Positions 13,141 through 26,400 of a stretch of DNA of 64,000 nucleotides are shown here, piece by piece; the stretch's first letter is position 1, and each line of letters opens with the position of its first letter. A model generated the notes under the pieces. That model had not been told where the DNA came from and did not search any database. It worked only from the letters and a program-made list of their open reading frames with translations. The stretch covers positions 13,268,001 to 13,332,000 of the forward strand of contig NC_043010.1 in NCBI RefSeq assembly GCF_006345805.1, written 5' to 3'. Position numbers and translations under genes: made by a program. The stretch is from Octopus sinensis. Its lineage: Eukaryota.

Positions 13141-13450
13141 ATTTATCATCATCATTTTATATTCCTTTCCAATGCTTACATGAGTCTGACAGGTTTTCTC
13201 AAGAAAAGTGTCTACCGTCATCTTCTTGAAGTTCAGTATCCTGAAATCAGCATTCACTATTTCTTCCCAGGTCTTCTTTGATCTTCGTCTGCTCCTGGTA
13301 CCTTCTACTACTTAGACAACATAGTACTTCATCCTCAGATCATCATCTTCCATATGCATCCCATGTCCATAATATCAGTGGTGTCTTCCCTCTTGCATAC
13401 TACAACTGATTCCTCTTAAACATATTTTTTTCACCTGTGCTCAGGTGTTC
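13141..13450 (-). mobile_element. Decayed RTE LINE C-terminal fragment
   Basis: Minus-strand translation YGHGMHMEDD...VEGTRSRRRSKKTWEEIVNADFRIL is homologous to the 25693-25896 ORF; short (GAT)-like tail at ~13145. Confidence 0.7.
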
Positions 13451-14991
13451 ATGCACATTAACATTATACATCCAGTGGAAACTGGGCACCTCATTTCTAT
13501 CCGGTCTTTGTTCATATTCCACATTCACTTTCATGCAATATCGTACTTCAAGATAATACAGACATATTTTGTTAACAACGTTGCTTTGCTCTTTTACAAC
13601 ATTTCATATTTTAATGTGTTAACTTTCTTTATTAAAATATCTCTATATTATCCAAAGTACATTTGCTTATTAGTTTCTGAAAGTCCGATTGAGGGCCATA
13701 AGAGTTTCATCATCAATATTTAATACTGAAGGTGGTACTAATCACATGCTTAAGAAATAAAATGGTTCATTTGGATATTTCTAATATTAACTAACTTGAA
13801 ATTTTTTTCATAATCACACGTAAACCTATAATAGTTATTGAAAACACTTGAAATAGTCAAGCTCACCCTGTAGTCAGTGTTCTTGATAGCCAACTTACCC
13901 ATTAATATCATTTTCTGGTGCTCCTGGATTTTTTATAAACATTCTATATACTAACTTTGTACCTACACTACCAATAAATAAGTGAAGGCTATGCTTCCAC
14001 TGATGAAGACCAATAATCTAGAAATGGTTGGGAGTTGTCTCCCTTGTTTATTCACCTAAAGAGTGATGTTAGCTAACCCCTAGTATCATCTTCTACTCTC
14101 TACATTTTATCCTACTGTGGTAATTTCTGATGTTCATAATTTTTTGTTTTAGTTGTTATAGTTATCAAAAAGAGTATGAAGGATTTCCAAAGGTATCGGT
14201 TTTGTGATTAGTGTTGAGCTGTAATGCAGATGTATCAACTTTGAAGCTTCTGTGTGTGTGTGTGTGTGTGTGCATAGAAAGACCTTAAACATTTTGTGGT
14301 ACAGGTCTGAAGGAACTTTCATTTGTTAATTTTCTTTGTGTTTTTACATACGTGTTATATTTGAAGGCATATAAGAGGGCACTTTTTCCTCAAAAAAATG
14401 TCTCAAAAAAGTCATCCTGGGTCCTACATGCAAAGTTAGGCATCTTATAAATGTTAATGTGTTAAAATTATTTACCTGAATATAATGTACAGAAATTAGG
14501 GAACACCTGTGTCTGAGCACCTTTTATGCCACCAAATATAGTAATGTTTCCTTGCTGCAGGTGCATAGTTACTTTAGAAGAGAGTGTGGTGTTAATGTAT
14601 GTATTTCCTTAAAATTTTCATCTTCCCTACTAAGATTGAATCTGTTTTATTCTATTTGGTTACTTTTTATCATTTACATTTTACATATGTTTTATGTATT
14701 GTTTGCTCCTAATTTGTTTTTAAGCCCAGATCACACTTGATCAAGCAAATCTATGGTGAGGCAGTATTTCAACAGTGACAAACCTGTCTCCTTTTTTTCT
14801 TTTTTAAAGATGTAGTGTAATACATAATATAGTAATACATTACCTAAAGATAACAGGGTGGGAATTTAGGGATATTTAGGAGCAATTTTTTGGAGGTCTA
14901 GCAAGGTTTTCATTGGTTCATTGTTGATTATGCATTTGTCAAGTTGTTATTTGTGTATTTTTTAATTATTCTATGGTATATAGCATCTAAT

Positions 14992-15240
14992 CATCTGCGA
15001 CGATTTCATCTCAATCGAAGGAGAGGAGCTTTCTCCGTCCGGGTTGCGGATCCATGGAATAAGCTGCCGGACGAGATGGTGAAGATGCCGACGACCGCTC
15101 GGTTCAAAGTCTCCCTTGACCACAAGAGGCCTGAACTCTTTACATGAACACCACCCTGTACATAACTCCATGTCCCCCTACATGGCCTTGCTTTTTGCTG
15201 TTTGAGCCAAAAAATTAACTAACTAACTAATTAACTAATT
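14992..15240 (+). mobile_element. CR1-type LINE 3' end with (TAAC)n tail
   Basis: RRGAFSVRVADPWNKLPDEMVKMPTTARFKVSLD matches the CR1 C-terminal pattern FS.RV...WN.LP...FK..LD; short 3'UTR and AACT repeats at ~15218-15240. Confidence 0.85.
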
Positions 15241-15945
15241 ATTTTCAGGAGGTCAAATCTTCTAATTTTTTTAATGAAACTAATATGCTCCTAGATTAAG
15301 TAATCAATGTAATTACATATAATTTACCATCAGATTTTGTCATAGATTAATAGACATGTATCATACTCGAGTGATATATTATTAATTATTTTGATATACT
15401 TAGCAATATATTAGGGTAGCTATTTTGAACGAGAGTATATTTCATTCTATACAAATTATAAATAGCAATTTAATATATGCCTCAAATGTGTATTTAGGAT
15501 GAATGCTTTCCTTTTTTTTTATTTTACAGAATATTTCCTTTTCCAATGAATGAAAATTATGTGCTATATTGGGATCTAAGAAGATGTATTTGCAAATGAG
15601 CAAGAACACATCAAGACTGCATTAAACAATTTCCGTTTGTGCCATTCCATCAACCACCAGACATCTTATCAAAGTCAGCAGTTACCAAGATTAGAAACTT
15701 TCCTATATCACATTAACACAATTACTGACATTCAATGACCAACACTTCGGTTTAACATTATAATTTAAATATTCGGGTCAAGTTACTTGACCCTAATATT
15801 TAAATTATTATAATGTTAAGATGATTGGTAAGATCAGCTGTAATGGATATATAACACTTTATACTTTGATTTATATATATATATAATATATATATATATA
15901 TAATATATATATACATATATGTATATATATATATATATACATATA

Positions 15946-15999
<54 letters not shown>

Positions 16000-16028
16000 A
16001 TAATATATATATATATATCATATATATA

Positions 16029-16061
<33 letters not shown>

Positions 16062-16105
16062 CTATATATATATATATATGTATATATATACACACACATA
16101 CACAT

Positions 16106-16967
16106 ACAGGATATGTGATGGGTAAATTGGTGTCATTTTATATTTTTAATTTCAAGCATGTGCATTGTTTGTTTTTGATTTTGTTGAATACACAGTATAG
16201 TAGGGTCTGTTGGGCACTGTCAGTAAGAAAAATATCACCATGATGCAATTCACTCTGCCAGAAATTTGGAAATGATATGCTATTCTGCTTGGTATTCACA
16301 CTGTAAGCTCCAATACAACATTTCAGAGTGTCAATCTAAGGACAGGTACTGAGAGTGATAAAAATCAAACACCCAGTCAGCATCATGGCGTTTGGAGTGA
16401 TCACTAGTGATGGCGACCTCATGCTTCCATTCATCTTCCCACATGCCTTGAGACTCAACACAGCCACCTACATCAAGTGCCTGGAGGAGATAATACTGCT
16501 CTGTGTCAAGAGGATGGCTGCTGGAAGTCCCTATGCCTGGCAACAGGATTCTGCACCATGCCACACAAGCAGGAGAAGTCAGTCGTGGCTGTCAAACAAT
16601 TCCTGCAACCCCATCACGCCTAACATCTGGCCACCTAACTCCCTAAACTGCAGCCCCCTTGATTATTATGTGTAGAGCACAGTTGAGTGAGAGACCAAAA
16701 AAGCTCCTTGTAACACCAAAGTTGAACTGGAAGCAAGGAATATGGCAGCATTCACCAACTTAAACAAGAAGAGTGGTAAGAGATTCTGAAGTCGTCTGGA
16801 GGCCATGGTTGAAGCCAATGGCGATTTTATTGAATAGATTTATTCTTTAGTATTTCAAGATATTTTTATGTAATTTTGGTAAATATATCTGTGTAAAATG
16901 AAGTGTCAGTGTTATTTTCATTTTTGCATAATAACTTAGAAGACAGTTTATTCACTGCATCATGTAT
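16106..16967 (+). mobile_element. Internally deleted Tc1/mariner-superfamily element, DD37D (maT-type) transposase relic
   Basis: ORF 16355-16675 has AFGVITSDG, WQQDSAPCH and WPPNS..CSPLDYYV with 37 residues between the D residues; decayed C-terminus to ~16835 (RLEAMVEANGDFIE); TA-CAGG start at ~16106. The right TIR is only weakly similar, so the ends are approximate. Confidence 0.8.
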
Positions 16968-17120
16968 GTATGTATGTATGTATGTATGTATGTATGTATG
17001 TATGTATGTATGTATGTATGTATGTATGTATGTATGTATGCATGTATGTATATGTATATGAATATACATATATATGTAGACATACATATACATACATACA
17101 TGTGTCTATGTATCTATATA

Positions 17121-17153
<33 letters not shown>

Positions 17154-17736
17154 TTCATACATGTATGCATAAATATAAACAAACATATATATATATGCTA
17201 ATGTGTATGTGTGTGTGTGTGTGTGTGTATGTGTGTGTGTGTTTGCATATATGTATATTAAATGCATTTGTCAAAGCCACAGCTGCAAGGTAAAACTAAA
17301 GGAGTGAAAATAAATCCCTATTTACCTTTTCAGTATTTTGCTCAAACAAGTACTAATCATGTGTGAAAGCTAATGGAACAGTTTTCTGGCATTTATAGAG
17401 ACGATGGGCTAAAGAGTAATGCAATATGTAATTATTGGTGGTTATATATTAAAAGCATTTGTTTCATGCAAGCTCGCATTGCAAGCCTATCTCACACCTA
17501 ACACGTCTGCACATGTGAAAACACTATAATACTCTCCTTCATTCATAAACTGTCACTTGACACAGCTGTGATACTGAAATAAATATAGTAAAAGTGTAAA
17601 CCTTTCAGTTTATCAATTTTAATTTGCATTCTTCTGGTTTCTGAATCACATTTAATTCTGATACAAAATGTTTCAAAATATTACATTATTGTATTTCGTG
17701 TATGTGCTTGTGTATGTGTGTGAGTATGTGAGCATG

Positions 17737-17830
<94 letters not shown>

Positions 17831-17885
17831 GGCAGTGCATCTGCATGGCTGCAGCTCTGAGCTGAAACTTTAATAAAATATATAT

Positions 17886-17959
<74 letters not shown>

Positions 17960-18224
17960 TGTATGTATGTATGTACACATGTGCTTGTGAATGTGTGTAT
18001 GCATATGTGTATATATATGTGTGTGTGTGCATGCATACATATATATAAATATATATATGTACACACACATGCACATACACATACACACATGTGTATGTGA
18101 ATAGCAACAAGCTGTAAAAACCATGCAAAAAATAAAAACTGACATACACAAGAACACGCCAGCATTGGAAATCAAATGTAACATAAAGATGGTGCTGATG
18201 AGAATGGTGATAATTTACATTTAT

Positions 18225-18266
<42 letters not shown>

Positions 18267-18370
18267 TAGGATATAATCTTCATAAGAAATTATCAACTAG
18301 TTAGCGTGAAAAAACCTCGTAAGAGAAAAAATCTGTAAATTTTTTCAACTTGAAATATTTATTTATATTA

Positions 18371-18779
18371 TATAGAGGGCACTATTACACATCAGAAAGG
18401 ATGCCAACCAATGTGATAGGACTACACAGCCACAGCAGGAAATGTATCAGGACATGAAATATAAAAGCCGGACTAGACTACTTTATGCGCAACTCCATTG
18501 TCTCCCGAGACAGAAAGGATGCCAACCAAGCCAACCAATTACACATAGATACCGCACGTTAGGAGGGACTTTTAAAGTCAAAACTACCAAAATAAACAAA
18601 TTGTACCGAATGCAATCTTCGAAGCGAGTCATTTAAAAACAGGTGATATGTATCTAAATTCTGTTTTTAAATGACTCGCTTTGAAGTTTTGCATTCGGTA
18701 CAATTTGTTTAATTTGGTAGTTTTGACTTTAAAAGTCCCTCCTAGCATGTGGCATCTATGTGTAATAGTGCCCTCTATA
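18371..18779. mobile_element. Fold-back MITE with a nested 154-bp insert
   Basis: TIR TATAGAGGGCACTATTACACA at both ends; arms 18538-18642 and 18661-18779; insert flanked by ATTACACAT at 18384-92 and 18538-46. Confidence 0.75.
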
Positions 18780-18781
18780 TA

Positions 18782-18835
<54 letters not shown>

Positions 18836-18889
18836 ATATATATGTATCACTTAGATAACTGAGATAATGTTTCAACCCCTTTTTAAGTC

Positions 18890-19350
18890 AAGTTTTGTGG
18901 TATTATGGTCCACTCAAGTAGGGAGTTCTTGTTGAATAAGTTGTATCCAGATATAGGTGGCTTATCTGGTATTTCTTGAAGAAATTTGTCTAGGTTCCAT
19001 TTAGAGGTAATGGGATCTTTTTCCTCTTTGATCTGTTTCAGGACAAAGTTAAATAGGGCAGGGCCCATTGAGGAACAGAAATTGTGTTTCAGTGTATTTA
19101 TGTGTTGTGATTCTTAATTGGGTAGGAGACATATGGCCCGTGGTCCTAGCCTGGGATGAATTCTGAAACTAATGTTGAGGTCGTTTGGGCAATGCTGATG
19201 GTATAGACTCCACATTGTGCAAATGATCTATCGCTCACAGCAGTACTGGAGAGAATAGTGTCAATGCTTTAAGGCAGTCCCAATAATTGAGATCAGTCAT
19301 GCCCTTAATTCTTTTAGTGAAGGCTTTCAGGGGTGATTCCATTTTCAAAA
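18890..19350 (-). mobile_element. Decayed CR1-type LINE RT 3' region
   Basis: Frameshifted minus translation AFTKRIKGMTDLNYWDCLKAL..., GPALFN..., LDKFLQEIPDKP..GY...NSLL.W. Confidence 0.8.
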
Positions 19351-19393
19351 TGTTATATATATATATATATATATAATGTTATATATATAATAC

Positions 19394-19455
<62 letters not shown>

Positions 19456-19629
19456 TAAATCCTTGTAAGTATGTATATGTATATTTCATTGAGGAAAAAG
19501 TGCATATGGATTTGTAAACCAAATATAAATGTACTCAATACTTTAATCAGACTATATATTTTCTTTATTTTTTAATAATTCACAGAAATATATATATATA
19601 TATAATATATATACACCACACATATAAAC

Positions 19630-19660
<31 letters not shown>

Positions 19661-19819
19661 ATATATATATATGTATATGCATACACATATGTATTCCTAC
19701 AGTTATAGGAAAGTATATAAAAAATAAAAGATATTAAATTATAAAGTATTACTTGAAAATAAAATATAAAATGAAAAGTAAATGAAATATAAAAACAAAT
19801 AAAATATAAAACATAAATG

Positions 19820-19858
<39 letters not shown>

Positions 19859-21232
19859 TATATATAATTGATGAAGTAAAATATAAAATTAAATTTTTTT
19901 AAATAAAACAAATTAAAGAATAAAATTTATAAAAATAAAGAGAAAAACAAAAAGGAATTAAGACAGAAAATGTTAGGCAAGTTACATGTCACAAGGTTGA
20001 CTGTGGAAAGATGAGGGAGACACAAAGTTGGAGCTAGAGAGAGAAAGTGTATGTGGAAATGTAAAAAGGAAACTTGTTGTGAACAATCGTGAGACATGGT
20101 ACAAAGAGATGCATTTTCTATTGTTACAACCAGAAATGGGGTGGGGGAAGAAAAATTGCATATACACAGCAGAAAATGAGAGAGGAAGAGGAAGTGGAAG
20201 AGAAAAAGGAAATGCATTGTAAGAAAGACTTTTGGAGATGCAAAGAAGGTAAAAGACACAGACTAAGATTGGATGCCAGTATCATGAATAGATGGATACA
20301 AGATGTAGTCCCATGTGCAAAAGTAATAATACCGCAATGCTTTATGTTAAATGAGAATTTTCTGATTGTATAGAAGAGAGAAACTTGAGGAGTATAACAA
20401 AGTTATAACAGATTAGAAATAAAATAATATACCATGCAGCGGTCTATGTGGGAATTTCATTTGCATTTCCAACAAATATGAAAATATACCTGTTTTTCAT
20501 TAGCATTTAAACTATGTGAGGAAAATAGGATTTCATGCAGAATGTGTGAATATGCAATAGTTTAGGGTGGGAGATTCATTGACCTTTTAATCATATACGG
20601 TGAAAATAGCATGTAAAATTTCAATGGTTTAAAATTTGGTAGCAATAACTGGGTGATCTGGTATTTATCTGGTAGGCAGTTTGAATGTTCTCAAGAGATA
20701 TTTCATCTGGCATAAACAAGCAGAAATCAAATCAAACTTCAGTATGTCAAGCAGCTGCATACATGTATTTATTGGATAAGCAAATAGAATAGTTAAATCC
20801 ATTTATGCAAGAGGGTGCTGTTTCAATGACCCACCTGTCAGATCTGAAATTCTCTATGCCTCAATCATTCAGACTCCAGATGTATTTGGAGACAGTAGAG
20901 GTGTTTCTTCTTTGTCAGGCATTTGTAATATTTTGCATCTCTGTTGTCTGTAATCGAGATTTTGGTGCAATATACCATATTTTTGTAAGGCATTTATTGT
21001 TCAGTGGATAAATATTAGTAAAATTGAAGTTTCATTAAGGTGGGGGATGTAAATGTGTTAGGGTTTTTTCCTACTGAATCTAACTTTCAAAGCAGTAAAA
21101 TTATCAGTACAGCTGTAACTAACTTTGACATTATTTCTGTTGAAAATCTTGTAGTAGATATATTGGGAAGTATTGTTTTATTAACCTTAGGAATGCTCAT
21201 ATTTAAGTTACATAGTAGATTGAACTATGTAT

Positions 21233-21301
<69 letters not shown>

Positions 21302-21688
21302 TGTGTATGTATTATATATGTGTGTATAATATATATGTGAATATGTAAATGTGTGTGTGTGTGTGTGTTCTCTTTTTTTTAATTATTTGAAGTTTTCCAT
21401 TATGGAAGGAGTTGGCTTTTAACAATGACACAAAACTCCATCAGTAGAAACTTCAAGAACATGTAATAATTCTTTTTAGAAACAGTTGATCTCAAAGCAA
21501 ATAAAACAACAAATAATACCATGTAAATATTGGATTGAGAACCCTTTAGATAGAAAAATTTTTTAAATTCCCATAGAATCCTACACCCATTTCCCAAAAG
21601 GAACATGTATTAATATATGTAAATATGTATGTATGTGCATGTATATTTATAACTATGCATACATATATAGACATGAGAGAGAGAAAAT

Positions 21689-22108
21689 GGAATTTACAAG
21701 ACTTTATTATTCTCCACGATTGTTTTAGCCCATCATGCATTGGCGCCCTGCAGTTGTGATGCTGTACAAACAGTTGTGGTGCATCATTGATGCAAATGTG
21801 TCTTGTCAGGTGACTAGTCAAAAGGTGCCTCATTTTTTAATCTCTCTATTGCTTATTTTGATTAGAATGCATTTCGGTAGTTGTAGTTCACTACACTTCT
21901 ACACCAGAAACTGCAACTAAAAATGCATTCTAATCGAATTAAGTGAAACAGAGATTAAAAAACAAGGCACCTTTTGACTAGCTACCTGACGAGGTACCTA
22001 TGCACCTATGACACACCACAATTATTTGTACAGCATCTCACTTGTGGGGCCCTCGTGCATGACGGGTCAAAATAATCATAATGAATAATAAAGAGTTTTG
22101 GGAATTCC
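21689..22108. repeat. Old fold-back (inverted-repeat) element, ~420 bp
   Basis: Imperfect arms, e.g. GACTAGTCAAAAGGTGCC vs GGCACCTTTTGACTAG and GATTAGAATGCATTT vs AAATGCATTCTAATC; loop at ~21887-21905. Confidence 0.75.
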
Positions 22109-22675
22109 AGTTTCTTCCTTTCATATTTTATAAACTCTATGGACATAAAGGAATTCCAGAAGTAAATTTAATAGCATTTACACCTATGCTGTTGATGATA
22201 TCAGGTAACTGAATGCTGTCAATAGGCTTTAAACAGCATCCTACAAGGAGTATACCTGAATTTAAAATTATTACTTATATAGACATGGATATATTATGAT
22301 GGAAAGGCATCTACAAAACATCAAAATCAGATCACAATATGAATTATCAAACATAATCATAAAACTAACAGTAAGGATACATTACAAGAAAACCTGAATT
22401 AAAAACCTCTTATTTTACACAAAACCATTTACTGTAGGCTGTAGAAAATACTTTGCATGGCCAATGTGATACACAAATTTAAATGCAAACATGAAACTGC
22501 TGTAGTTCATACTCATATAGGACACTTCCTTGCCAGCTGGACATGTGTTTACAATAAAGAGCCATCGTAGTACATTTTATAACACAGAATATGCAACAGT
22601 ATTAAACAGAAAAACATTAGTTGTCAACACACTCATCTTATTTAGAATTCTACAAAAATTACAAGGTATGTAATG

Positions 22676-22909
22676 TATTTCTTTACTGCCCACAAGGGGC
22701 TAAACATAAAGGGGACAAACAAGAACAGACAAAGGAATTAAGTCGATTACATCGACTCCAGTGGGAAACTGGTACTTTATTTATCGACCCCGAAAGGATG
22801 AAAGGCAAAGTCGACCTCGGCGGAATTTGAACCCAGAACGTAACGACAGACGAAATACGGCTACGCATTTCGCCCGGCATGCTAACGTTTCTGCCAGCTC
22901 ACCGCCCTA
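22676..22909 (-). mobile_element. tRNA-derived SINE, family S2
   Basis: Head GGCGGTGAGCTGGCAGAA; 17-bp TSD TTACAAGGTATGTAATG (22659, 22910). Confidence 0.9.
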
Positions 22910-23373
22910 TTACAAGGTATGTAATGGGAGCTTTATTAACAACAAATACAAACCTATATTTAAAGTACAAAGTATCATTGTCATAAACTAACAAATATTA
23001 GTAATTGCTGAAAGTTACTTGGAGTTAAATGTAAAATTTTTTAATTGGGTGATGAGGATATTATTAGTAACATGATTATTCTCAACCAGAAACTCACAAT
23101 GTAGTTACTCAACCTACTAGAAATATAATCGGTATTATTCTATGAAGTGGCAGGTATCAGAAAAAGGCATCCAGCCTTCGATACTATATCAAGATGAAAA
23201 TGCATGAAATATTTTCTGGTCCTGCCCAGAAGGGCAGTAACTCCAAACAGAAAATCAAAGCAAGAAAACCTAACCAGTCTATGTCATATGTTTGTATGTA
23301 CATATGCATGTATATATATACAAATATATACATTTACATATATATATAATATATATATATATACGTAAATACA

Positions 23374-23419
<46 letters not shown>

Positions 23420-23784
23420 ATATTATAATATAATATATAATATTGATATATATATATATATACATTGATGTGTGTGTGTGTGTGTGTATATATTATATAT
23501 ATATGATTTTGATTTTTATTTTGATTTTTCCAGTTTCAGCTTATGAGCTGTGGCCATGCTGGGCACCGCCATTATATATATATATATATATATTCTATAT
23601 ATACATATATATATATTGGCCTGCTCGCTTAGCCAGCGGGGTGGCATCATTCGAAGGCTAAAACAATGCAAACGCATTGTGACCAGCGATGTGTAACAAC
23701 ATCTGATGGTCTGGTTGGTCACATGATCACGTGATATATATATATAATATGTGTGTGTGTGTATGTGTGTATATATATATATAC

Positions 23785-23833
<49 letters not shown>

Positions 23834-23837
23834 TATG

Positions 23838-23900
<63 letters not shown>

Positions 23901-24346
23901 CATAAATACATATATAATACTTAACAAAAGGAAAAAAAGAGTTGTGTAATCACTTTCATTAGCTTACGGCTGTTTCTACTCTGAGAAGTGTGCAATTAAA
24001 GCTCAGTGCTCATGTATAATCCTATAGCTTCCTAGGAGTCATTTAAATGAAATGCGCTTATTGCAGAAAGCATTTAAATACATTGAATTCGTTACAGGTA
24101 AAACTAAATATGATATAAAACAGTTTGGTGGATTTGAGGATGAGACTACTATTCACACACCACACACACACACACACACATTTATATATTTATATTTTCG
24201 CACTGCCTTTCACTCTCCTTCATTTATATAGTTTTTCTTACTCAAACTTCTACCCTATCATCACTTCCTTAGATCATGCTGCTATCTTCTCCATTTATCT
24301 TTTTACTCAGCCTCCCCATTTAATTTAAATAATTTAGATACCTATA

Positions 24347-24508
24347 GGCGCAGGAGTGGCTGTGTGGTAAGTAGCTTGTCTACCAACCACATGGTTCCGG
24401 GTTCAGTCCCACAGCGTGGCACCTTGGGCAAGTGTCTTCTACTCTAGCCTCGGGCCGACCAAAGCCTTGTGAGTGGATTTGGTAGATGGAAACTGAAAGA
24501 AGCCCGTC

Positions 24509-24539
<31 letters not shown>

Positions 24540-24773
24540 TGTGTGTGTTTGTGTGTATATGTTTGTCCCCTAGCATTGCTTGACAACCGATGCTGATGTG
24601 TTTATGTCCCCGTTACTTAGCGGTTCGGCAAAAGAGACCGATAGAATAAGTACTGGGCTTACAAAAGAATAAGTCCCGGGTTCGAGTTGCTCGATTAAAG
24701 GCGGTGCTCCAGCATGGCCACAGTCAAATGACTGAAACAAGTAAAAGAGTAAAGAGTAAAAGAGTAAAAGAGA
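24347..24773 (+). mobile_element. tRNA-derived SINE, family S1 (internal TA/TG microsatellite, AAAGAGTA tail)
   Basis: GGCGCAGGAGTGGCTGTGTGG head and GGGTTCAGTCCC B-box. Other copies: ~775-1152(+), 3987-4380(-), 6025-6430(+), 30421-30812(-), 38427-38822(-), 40722-41153(-), 52030-52510(-), 53393-53525(-), 57655-58003(-), 60182-60335(-). Confidence 0.9.
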
Positions 24774-25059
24774 GTATACATATTTATACCTTTATATATT
24801 TCAAAGTATTTTCCACCTTTACATTACTTTATCTAACATCATAAGCCCATTCCTTCCTTCTTACCTACTAGATTTATTCTATAACCTAACTGTGAGTCCA
24901 ACAAAATACACATTCAATTTTGCATGAGTCCACATGTAAAACAGAATATATATTTTGTTGCACTTACAGTTATTGGTATATATGAATTGTTTATGTGTTT
25001 GCGTGTGTTTGTGAGTGTCTGTGTGTATATACATTTATGTATACATATATATATATCAT

Positions 25060-26345
25060 CATCATCATCATCATTTAGCGTCCGTTTTCCATGCTAGCAT
25101 GGGTTGGACGGGTCAACTGGGGTCTGTGAAGCTGGAAGGCTTCATCAGGCCCAGTCAGATCTGGCAGTGTTTCTACGGCTGGATGCCCTTCCTAATGTCA
25201 ACCACTCCGTGAGTGTAGTGGGTGCTTTTTACGTGCCACCCGCACAGGTGCCAGACAGAGCTGGCAAACGGCCACGAACGGATGGTGCTTTTACGTGTCA
25301 CCGGCACGGGGGCCAGACAGAGCTGGCAAACAGCCACGAATGGATGGTGCTTTTACGTGTCACCAGCACGGGGGCCAGGCGAGGCTGGCAACGAACACGA
25401 ACGGATGGTGCTTTTATGTGCCACCGACACGGGGGCCAGACAGGGCTGGCAAACGGCCACGAACGGATGGTGCTTTTACGTGTCACCTGCACGGGGGCCA
25501 GGCGAGGCTGGCAATGGACACGAACGGATGGTGCTTTTACGTGCCACCGACATGGAGGCTAGACGGGGCGGCGCCAGCAACGACCACGATCAGATGGTTC
25601 GCTTAACCACAGCTGCAATTCCCACTGATGTTGATCGACCTCAATTTGGTTCTGCTTTCTGATATATGAATTGATTTTGATTTTGACTGTTCTCACTGGT
25701 CTTGCCGGGTTTTCTCACGCACAGCATACTTCCAAAGGTCTCGGTCTCTGGTCATTTCCTTGGTGAGACCTAAAGTTCGAAGGTCGTGCTTCACCACCTC
25801 GACCCAGGTTTTCCTGGGTCTACCTCTTCCACAGGTCCCCTCAACTGCCAGGGTGTGGCACTTTCGCACACAACTATCTTCAGCCATTCTCATCACATGA
25901 CCATACTAGCGCAAACGTCTCTCTTGCACACAACAACTGAAGCTTCTTAGGTTCAACTTTTCTCTCAAGGTACTTACACTCTGTCGATTATGAACACTGA
26001 CGTTACACATCCATCGGAGCATACTAGCTTCATTTCTTGCGAGCTTACGCAAATCCTCAGCAGTCACAGCCCAAGTTTCACTACCATGTAGCATGGCTGT
26101 ATGTACACATGCATCATACAGTCTGCCTTTTACTTTGAGCGAGAGGCCTTTTGTCACCAGCAGGGGTAAGAGCTCTCTAAACTTTGCCCAGGCTATTCTT
26201 ACTCTAGCAGTTACACTTTCAGCACACCCGCCCCCGCTACTGACTTGGTCACCTAGGTAACGGAAACTATCAACTACTTCTAGTTTTTCTCCCTGGAAAG
26301 TGACGGAAATTGGTCTCAGAGCATTTTCAGTGTTTATTGTTCCTG
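25060..26345 (-). mobile_element. 5'-truncated RTE-clade LINE: ORF C-terminus, minisatellite 3'UTR, (GAT)n tail
   Basis: ORFs 25906-26415 and 25693-25896 join across one TGG>TAG stop (FRYLG, LHGSETW, YGHVMR, GRGRPRKTW, DRDLW). The 3'UTR has ~62-bp repeats and ends in AAACGGACGCTAAATGATGATGAT at ~25060. Confidence 0.92.
25221..25600. repeat. ~62-bp minisatellite (about 6 units) in the RTE 3'UTR
   Basis: GGTGCTTTT unit starts at 25221, 25284, 25346, 25407, 25469 and 25530. Confidence 0.9.
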
Positions 26346-26347
26346 AG

Positions 26348-26400
<53 letters not shown>

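Noticed and set aside
17673-18296. Long YI/IY/VC-rich ORFs here and throughout (e.g. 61813-62529, 43419-43967)
   Set aside because: (TA)n, (CA)n and (TATG)n repeats lack stops in some frames; not genes.
25221-25600. 62-bp array as a CRISPR array or as HDV-like ribozymes
   Set aside because: No unique spacers and a eukaryotic LINE context; a CCUCGC loop is present but no P1/P2 pseudoknot pairing was found.
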